The notes beneath the pieces are model-generated. The model searched no databases. It was not told where the DNA came from and was given only the letters and a program-made list of their open reading frames with translations. The position numbers and the translations under genes are program-made. A stretch of 13,353 nt of DNA from a virus. Location of the stretch: IMG/VR virus record IMGVR_UViG_3300010278_000389; one strand, written 5' to 3'. Each line of letters begins with the position of its first letter. Within the stretch, counting starts at the first letter, position 1. This document shows, piece after piece, positions 8,743 to 13,353 of this stretch.

Positions 8743-9524
8743 CTTTTAACACCTCCTTTGCAAATTCTTCATAAGCTATTGCTGGTTTACTTTTCTTATC
8801 ATAAGCATAAATGCTTTTACCATCAATAGTGCTTTCTGCTGCTTTTACTCCTCTTGGTATAACAGTTTTAAAAACTTTTATTCTTCCTCCGTAATTTCTT
8901 CTAACTGTTTCTTCACAAGTTTTTGCAAGATTTGTGTTCATGTCTGCTAGAGTCAATAATATACCTTCTATTTTCAATTTTGGATTAATATTAACTCTTA
9001 CCTTATCAACTGCTTGTACTAACTGTGTCATTCCTTTTAAAGCCAAATACTGAGGTTGAATTGGTATTATAACACTATCTGCACTAGCCAAAGCATTTAT
9101 TGTAAGCAAACCCAAAGACGGTCGACAATCTATTAAGATATAATCATAATCATCTTTTACTTTTGAAATATATTTTCTTAATACATTTTCTCTATTTTCA
9201 AAATTTATCATTGATGCTTCTAATGCTTCTAATTCAATATTCGATGGTACTAAATCAATATTTTCTTCATTAGTTATGATTGCCTCCTTTTTATCTATTG
9301 GTTGTTTTGTTATAATCTTTTCCATTAAATTTTTTATTGTAAATTCCATTTCATCTGCATTTTTAAAGCCTAATGAACTCGTTAAGTCTGCTTGTGGATC
9401 AAAATCAATCAATAAAACTTTCTTTCCTTTTCTTACTAGACAATTTCCTAGATTGGCAACCGTTGTTGTCTTTGCAACTCCACCGTTTTTGATTTGCAAT
9501 AGCAATTACCTTACACTTTGACAT
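8702..9524 (-). CDS. parA: ParA/Soj-family ATPase with an apparent 1-nt frameshift near the N-terminus (track version 8702-9505 uses a TTG)
   Basis: GGVAKTTTVANLGNCLVRKGKKVLLIDFDPQADLTSSLGF, DDYDYILIDCRPSLGLLTINAL, VIIPIQPQYLALKGMTQL. RBS AAGGAGG (9532-9538) and ATG at 9524 give MSKCKVIAIANQK, then one extra base (9485) shifts the frame before GGVAKTTT. Confidence 0.85.
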
Positions 9525-9531
9525 TATAAAA

Positions 9532-9538
9532 CCTCCTT
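9532..9538 (-). promoter_or_regulatory. Shine-Dalgarno for parA
   Basis: AAGGAGG, 7 nt from ATG at 9524. Confidence 0.8.
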
Positions 9539-9548
9539 CCTAAAAATT

Positions 9549-9571
9549 TAGTCATTATTAAATAATGACTA
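9549..9571. repeat. Near-perfect palindrome upstream of parA
   Basis: TAGTCATTATT-A-AATAATGACTA, 11-bp arms with 1-nt centre. Confidence 0.8.
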
Positions 9572-9577
9572 TGTAAA

Positions 9578-9603
9578 AGAACAAGTTTATTTCAACTTGT
9601 TCT
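9578..9603 (-). terminator. Hairpin downstream of the 112-aa ORF (possible weak terminator)
   Basis: 10-bp stem AGAACAAGTT/AACTTGTTCT, 6-nt loop, followed on the minus strand by a short T-run; stem includes the stop codon of ORF 9602-9940. Confidence 0.45.
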
Positions 9604-9940
9604 ACCTTGCTTCTCTATTTATTTCAAAACCTTTTAATTTTTTATCAATATTTCTTTTATATTCATTTACTCCAACATTTTCAATTTCATCTGCAATGTA
9701 TTTCTTATTTTTCAAATCACTAATTTGGCTTTCTTTGTTATATCTTTTTATCACACTCTCAACTTGTTTTTCTGATACAATTCCAGTAAATATAATTTCA
9801 TTTTTCTTAATTTCAAAATCATATCCTTTATATAACATATAACTCAAAAATATTTTTTGTCCTTCTTCATCATACTGTTGTAATGTTTCACTATTAAATA
9901 AGTTTTCCTTTGTAAATTTTAAATATTTCATTTTTTCCAT
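9602..9940 (-). CDS. Hypothetical protein, 112 aa
   Basis: ORF MEKMKYLKFTKENLFNSETLQQYDEEGQ...; typical codon use and packing upstream of parA. Confidence 0.65.
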   Translation of the reverse strand: MEKMKYLKFTKENLFNSETLQQYDEEGQKIFLSYMLYKGYDFEIKKNEIIFTGIVSEKQVESVIKRYNKESQISDLKNKKYIADEIENVGVNEYKRNIDKKLKGFEINREAR

Positions 9941-9944
9941 GTTA

Positions 9945-10235
9945 CTACCTTCCCTTACTCATTTTTCTTTCTATATTTCTTCTAACTTTTGCATGAATTT
10001 CTAATGCCTTATCTTCATTAAAGCTCTTTTGAAGTGATATACCTTTTTCTTGTATAAAATCCTTTGACATTTTAAAGATATTAGTATCATTAAATGTATA
10101 TCTGCCCATTTCATCTTTTCCCATATACATAGCTGTAACTGGAATTATTTGACCACTATATATTGGCAGATTAACAGTACAAAACATACCAACTTCTAAA
10201 TTGTCTAAATATTTAATTGCTTCATAGCCTTCCAT
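9945..10235 (-). CDS. Hypothetical protein, about 96 aa (start at internal Met)
   Basis: AAAGGAGT RBS precedes ATG at 10235 (MEGYEAIKYLDNLEVGMFCTVNLPIYSGQIIPV...); the track start at 10265 overlaps the terminator stem and is unlikely. Confidence 0.65.
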   Translation of the reverse strand: MEGYEAIKYLDNLEVGMFCTVNLPIYSGQIIPVTAMYMGKDEMGRYTFNDTNIFKMSKDFIQEKGISLQKSFNEDKALEIHAKVRRNIERKMSKGR

Positions 10236-10260
10236 TGTTTTACTCCTTTCATATTTTTGC

Positions 10261-10298
10261 AACAAAAAAAGCTAATCTCTCGACTAGCTTTTTTTGTT
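10261..10298 (-). terminator. Strong, potentially bidirectional Rho-independent terminator
   Basis: Perfect 14-bp stem AACAAAAAAAGCTA/TAGCTTTTTTTGTT with 10-nt loop; 7-nt T-run in the descending arm. Confidence 0.75.
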
Positions 10299-10305
10299 TA
10301 TGTAT

Positions 10306-10452
10306 TTATTTATTTTCAATTAGCTTTATCAATAATTCATTTACTGGTTCTGCTGATTTATTTTCTCTTATTAATTTGTTTCTCATTTTAACTAATGCTT
10401 CTACTATTAAATCTTTTTCTGATTTACTTGTTTTAACTTTTATTTTTTTCAT
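10306..10452 (-). CDS. Small hypothetical protein, 48 aa (not in ORF track)
   Basis: MKKIKVKTSKSEKDLIVEALVKMRNKLIRENKSAEPVNELLIKLIENK; TAGGGGTG RBS-like sequence upstream; followed directly by the terminator at 10261-10298. Confidence 0.6.
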   Translation of the reverse strand: MKKIKVKTSKSEKDLIVEALVKMRNKLIRENKSAEPVNELLIKLIENK

Positions 10453-10534
10453 ATAGAATCACCCCTAATTTTTTTATTATTCTTATTTTATCATATTTGA
10501 AAATTTAGCAATTCTACTCAAAGATTTATCAAAT

Positions 10535-10684
10535 TTATGCAATTTCTACATATAAATTCACTTCAACATGATTATATTTTTCTCTCGTTTTCTCTACTCT
10601 CACAAAGGGTTCAAGCTCTTTTCTAATATCGAACGCATTTCCTACTAATTGCAAATGCAATAAGTGTAATACCTTTATTACCAC
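10535..10684 (-). pseudogene. Possible short coding remnant at the element edge
   Basis: Open frame ...HLLHLQLVGNAFDIRKELEPFVRVEKTREKYNHVEVNLYVEIA* with protein-like composition but no convincing start or RBS. Confidence 0.35.
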
Positions 10685-10715
10685 TTTTGCATTTTTCTAA
10701 GTTAAATTTTGTCAT
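10623..10715 (-). pseudogene. Truncated prepilin-like ORF (30 aa)
   Basis: MTKFNLEKCKSGNKGITLIAFAISRKCVRY*; AAGGAGA RBS upstream; NKGITLIA matches the type IV prepilin processing motif common in Clostridia, but the hydrophobic helix is absent. Confidence 0.4.
10653..10694. repeat. 42-nt imperfect palindrome
   Basis: AAATGCAA-(t)-AAGTG-TAATA-cctt-TATTA-(c)-CACTT-TTGCATTT: 18 paired positions with two single-nt bulges. Confidence 0.75.
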
Positions 10716-10873
10716 AATGTGTTTCTCCTTTCATTCATTTGTATTTTTTTCATTGTTAGTCCCTTTACATCATATATGTGATATCGTATAATTACATTGG
10801 TATCACTGCATTTCAAGTAAAGTAAGGCCTCATCATAAAATCAATTACTTTATGACGATTAACAACTACAATG

Positions 10874-10902
10874 ATTGTATATTTTTACTAAAAAATTGTC
10901 AA
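10874..10902 (-). promoter_or_regulatory. Sigma-A-type promoter
   Basis: Minus strand TTGACA (10897-10902), 17-nt spacer, TACAAT (10874-10879). Confidence 0.6.
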
Positions 10903-10935
10903 TAAAAATGGCAATAATTTTTTTAAAATTAATAT

Positions 10936-10965
10936 AAAAAAGCATATATTACTATATGCTTTTTT
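10936..10965 (-). terminator. Rho-independent terminator of the 577-aa gene
   Basis: 13-bp stem AAAAAAGCATATA/TATATGCTTTTTT, 4-nt loop, 12 nt past the stop at 10978. Confidence 0.75.
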
Positions 10966-10977
10966 GATTTTTTATAA

Positions 10978-12711
10978 CTATTCTACTTCTTTTATCACAG
11001 CTTCGTTTACATAGCCTTCTTTTGATTTTTTAAATTCTACTGAATATTTTTTTGTAGTTTCTATGCTATCTGGAACTTCGTTTCCAGTAAGTGTTACATC
11101 TCCTGTAACTTTTATTTGTCTTTCTTCGTCTGCCATGTTGTTTGCAATTATATTCATTATTAATTGTTTTACTTTGCTTCCTTCTACTTCGTCTCCCTTG
11201 TATTTTTCATATTTTGAATTGAATACATTTTTCTCTGTTTCTGTAAAAGATTTTGCAAGATTCTCATCTGATGTTTCGTTGATATTTGTTGTTGTATTTG
11301 TTGTGTTACTACTTGTTGCTGTATTAGCTGTATTTATTGTATTTGATGTTGTATTAGTTGTATTTTCTGTTGTGTTTGTAGTATTTGATATTGTATTTTC
11401 ATCATCATCTTCGTCGTTATCTAAATCCAATGAATAATCAAATTCATCTGCATCTATTTTTGGTGCATAATATTTAGGTACAAGATTATACCAGAAATCT
11501 TCAGGATCTGCTTTTACTTTTTGTATTAACTCGTTGTTGATTTTATTAAATCTATCTGCAATTGCTTGTAATAGTTTTACTTGATTTGTTTGAGATAATG
11601 TATTTATATCAACATACTCTTTATCTGCAAAATCTTTTATTTCTATGTCATCTGTAAAGTTTACTTCGTTTTCAATATTATAAGTATAACTATAACCATT
11701 AAAATCTATTCCAATATTATAGTTTTCATTTACAGTTTCAAGTGAATCTAATCCAGTAAAGCCAATAACTGCTTTTGCAATAATATTACTATTTTCTTGG
11801 CCAAATGTTAAGCTAATATCATAGCTTAGTTCGTTATCATTTTCAAGTTTTTTTACATCAATTTTCATGAAGTCATCTAATTCTAATATAATTCTATTAA
11901 CTTTTTGATTTTTTTGATAAATTGTTATAATTGTTTTTCCTTCATTTAAATTGATATTATCTAATACTGAATCCAAGCTATCAGCAGTTAAACTAAACTT
12001 TTCTAAAAACTCATCGTCTTGTTTTAATCTTTCTATAAGTTTTACAATAATATCTTGTAATTGTTTATTTGATATTTCCAATACATATCCATTTGACTCT
12101 TCAGTTGTTACCTTTGTAAAGTTTTTATCTTCAAGATTGTCTTTGATTATTTGTAAATATTCGGTTTTTATTTTATTTTTTTCTGATTGAGTTATTTCAA
12201 ATGAATTTAGTTTTTCTCCATTTAATTCAGCAAATGGAATTATATTTATATTTTTACTAAAATCTAATCCTAGATATTTTGGTGTGATTTTGCTTAATTT
12301 AATAGCTTGTATATCTCCTGATTTTTTGTATAAAATTGGGAAATTGTTATCTTTATCATAGTTTATTTTAACTAACTCTTCTGCCTTTTGATTTGGAGAA
12401 TCTACATTTCCCATAAAGCTTATGTTGAATGTGTTGTTTATCTCATTTGCTGTTTTTGTGTCCATGCCTTCTGTTGGTACATTAAATGTTATTTTTCCAG
12501 TATTTTCAAAAGGATTTGAAGCCTTTTTTTGATTGTAGTTTTCTATTCTATTATCTATAAAACCATTTTCACTATCAAATAATTGTGATACACTCTCGAA
12601 AAACGCATCTTTATTATTCTTTTTCATTACAAATGCTAGTGCAACTCCAACAATAAGAATTAATACTATAATTATTACAATAGCAATTACCAATTTTTTA
12701 TTTTTCTTCAT
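10978..12711 (-). CDS. Membrane-anchored secreted protein, 577 aa (DUF6583-like)
   Basis: N-terminal TM MKKNKKLVIAIVIIIVLILIVGVALAFVMKK; large extracellular domain; Asn/Thr-rich linker NTISNTTNTTENTTNTTSNTINTANTATSS; GGGGA RBS upstream. Family label from memory. Confidence 0.7.
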   Translation of the reverse strand: MKKNKKLVIAIVIIIVLILIVGVALAFVMKKNNKDAFFESVSQLFDSENGFIDNRIENYNQKKASNPFENTGKITFNVPTEGMDTKTANEINNTFNISFMGNVDSPNQKAEELVKINYDKDNNFPILYKKSGDIQAIKLSKITPKYLGLDFSKNINIIPFAELNGEKLNSFEITQSEKNKIKTEYLQIIKDNLEDKNFTKVTTEESNGYVLEISNKQLQDIIVKLIERLKQDDEFLEKFSLTADSLDSVLDNINLNEGKTIITIYQKNQKVNRIILELDDFMKIDVKKLENDNELSYDISLTFGQENSNIIAKAVIGFTGLDSLETVNENYNIGIDFNGYSYTYNIENEVNFTDDIEIKDFADKEYVDINTLSQTNQVKLLQAIADRFNKINNELIQKVKADPEDFWYNLVPKYYAPKIDADEFDYSLDLDNDEDDDENTISNTTNTTENTTNTTSNTINTANTATSSNTTNTTTNINETSDENLAKSFTETEKNVFNSKYEKYKGDEVEGSKVKQLIMNIIANNMADEERQIKVTGDVTLTGNEVPDSIETTKKYSVEFKKSKEGYVNEAVIKEVE

Positions 12712-12761
12712 AATTTTCCCCTTTTCATTAGATTATCAAAATTAGAAAAGAATTAATTTTT

Positions 12762-13353
12762 TTATTCTTCCCAGTTGTGGTAAATATTAGCAACATCGTC
12801 TAATTCTTCAAGTCTTTCTATTAATCTTTCCATTTTTTCGCATCCTGATTCATCTAGTGCAACTGTTGTTGTTGGAACCATTTGAACATCTGCCTCTAAG
12901 AATTCTAATCCGCTTTCTTCTAATTTTTCTCTAACGGCTGTGAAGTCTGCTGGTTCTGTTGTGATTTCATAGATTTCTTCTTCAGCGCTAAAATCTTCTG
13001 CTCCAGCATCTAATGCTAACATCATTAGTTCGTCTTCGTCCATTGTAGTTGAAGCTTTTTCTATTACTATTACACCTTTTTTATTGAACATATAAGATAC
13101 GCATCCGCTTGTTCCAAGGTTTCCTCCTGCTTTATCAAATACGTGTCTTACATCTGCTGCTGTTCTATTTTTGTTATCTGTTGCAGCTTCTACAATAACT
13201 GCAACTCCGCATGGTCCATAACCTTCGTATGTGATTTCTTCATAATTTTCATTACTTGATGAAGCCTTTTTAATTGCATTGTTTATTGTATCGTTTGGCA
13301 TGTTTGCAGCTTTACATTTTGCTATAACTGATTTTAATTTTGAGTTTCCTGCT
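12762..13353 (-). CDS. yebC: YebC/PmpR-family regulator/translation factor (N-terminus off the right edge)
   Basis: [31 protein letters not shown]...[54 protein letters not shown]... The frame is open to the window edge, so the track start at 13301 is an internal Met. Confidence 0.95.
   Translation of the reverse strand, partial: AGNSKLKSVIAKCKAANMPNDTINNAIKKASSSNENYEEITYEGYGPCGVAVIVEAATDNKNRTAADVRHVFDKAGGNLGTSGCVSYMFNKKGVIVIEKASTTMDEDELMMLALDAGAEDFSAEEEIYEITTEPADFTAVREKLEESGLEFLEADVQMVPTTTVALDESGCEKMERLIERLEELDDVANIYHNWEE

Larger units (their letters stand above)
1..10694. mobile_element. Partial integrative conjugative element (Tn1549/CTn-like accessory and maintenance end); left end outside the window, right boundary approximate
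   Basis: Co-directional minus-strand block with conjugative-element-type helicase/methylase N-terminus, ParA/ParB, Cna-B adhesin and small hypotheticals, followed by chromosomal-type genes (YebC). No integrase or direct-repeat att site visible in the window. Confidence 0.65.

Noticed and set aside
8491-9842. Plus-strand ORFs 8491-8724, 9276-9521 and 9597-9842
   Set aside because: Antisense to parB, parA and the 112-aa ORF, with no independent signals.
10720-10930. c-di-GMP or other riboswitch before the prepilin-like ORF
   Set aside because: The leader has inverted repeats but I could not recognise the conserved sequence of any known riboswitch class; kept only as a structured-leader observation.
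11275-11405. TTG/ATT-rich tandem-like DNA considered as a CRISPR or microsatellite
   Set aside because: No spaced identical repeats; it encodes an irregular Asn/Thr-rich extracellular linker in the 577-aa protein.
10217-12190. Plus-strand ORFs 10217-10456, 11063-11437 and 11951-12190
   Set aside because: Antisense to small ICE genes or the 577-aa gene; the Val/Phe-rich 11063-11437 ORF mirrors the Asn/Thr linker.
10978-13353. DUF6583-like gene plus yebC as ICE cargo
   Set aside because: YebC is a conserved chromosomal housekeeping gene and the pair has its own terminator and promoter context, so chromosomal flank is more likely, though unproven here.

Overview
The window is AT-rich Firmicutes/Clostridia-like DNA, and almost all genes lie on the minus strand. 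About 1 to 10.5-10.7 kb looks like the terminal accessory part of a Tn1549/CTn-like integrative conjugative element (ICE). It holds the N-terminal half of a large conjugative-element helicase/methylase-like protein (open at the left edge, missing from the ORF track), two small hypotheticals, a ~1370-aa thioester (TQXA) plus multi-CnaB/SpaA adhesin with a TPKTG sorting signal, an anchored protein with a Cys-rich C-terminus, ParB, ParA and three small ORFs. About 10.9-13.35 kb looks chromosomal: a membrane-anchored DUF6583-like protein and a YebC/PmpR regulator that runs off the right edge. Main second-look items: (1) a 1-nt insertion exactly in the ParA Walker A codons, leaving the good RBS/ATG out of frame; (2) ParB coding that continues upstream of the called TTG start toward an ATA codon; (3) a 42-nt imperfect palindrome that overlaps a truncated prepilin-like ORF (NKGITLIA) and an out-of-frame coding remnant, a candidate ICE/chromosome junction; (4) a 23-bp near-perfect palindrome upstream of parA; (5) hairpin/T-run elements placed just upstream of RBSs, two sharing the stem GAACAAGT/ACTTGTTC; (6) the paired adhesin and Cys-rich anchored protein. 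I see no CRISPR array, RNA gene or clear defence system. All family calls are from pattern recognition; no database was searched.
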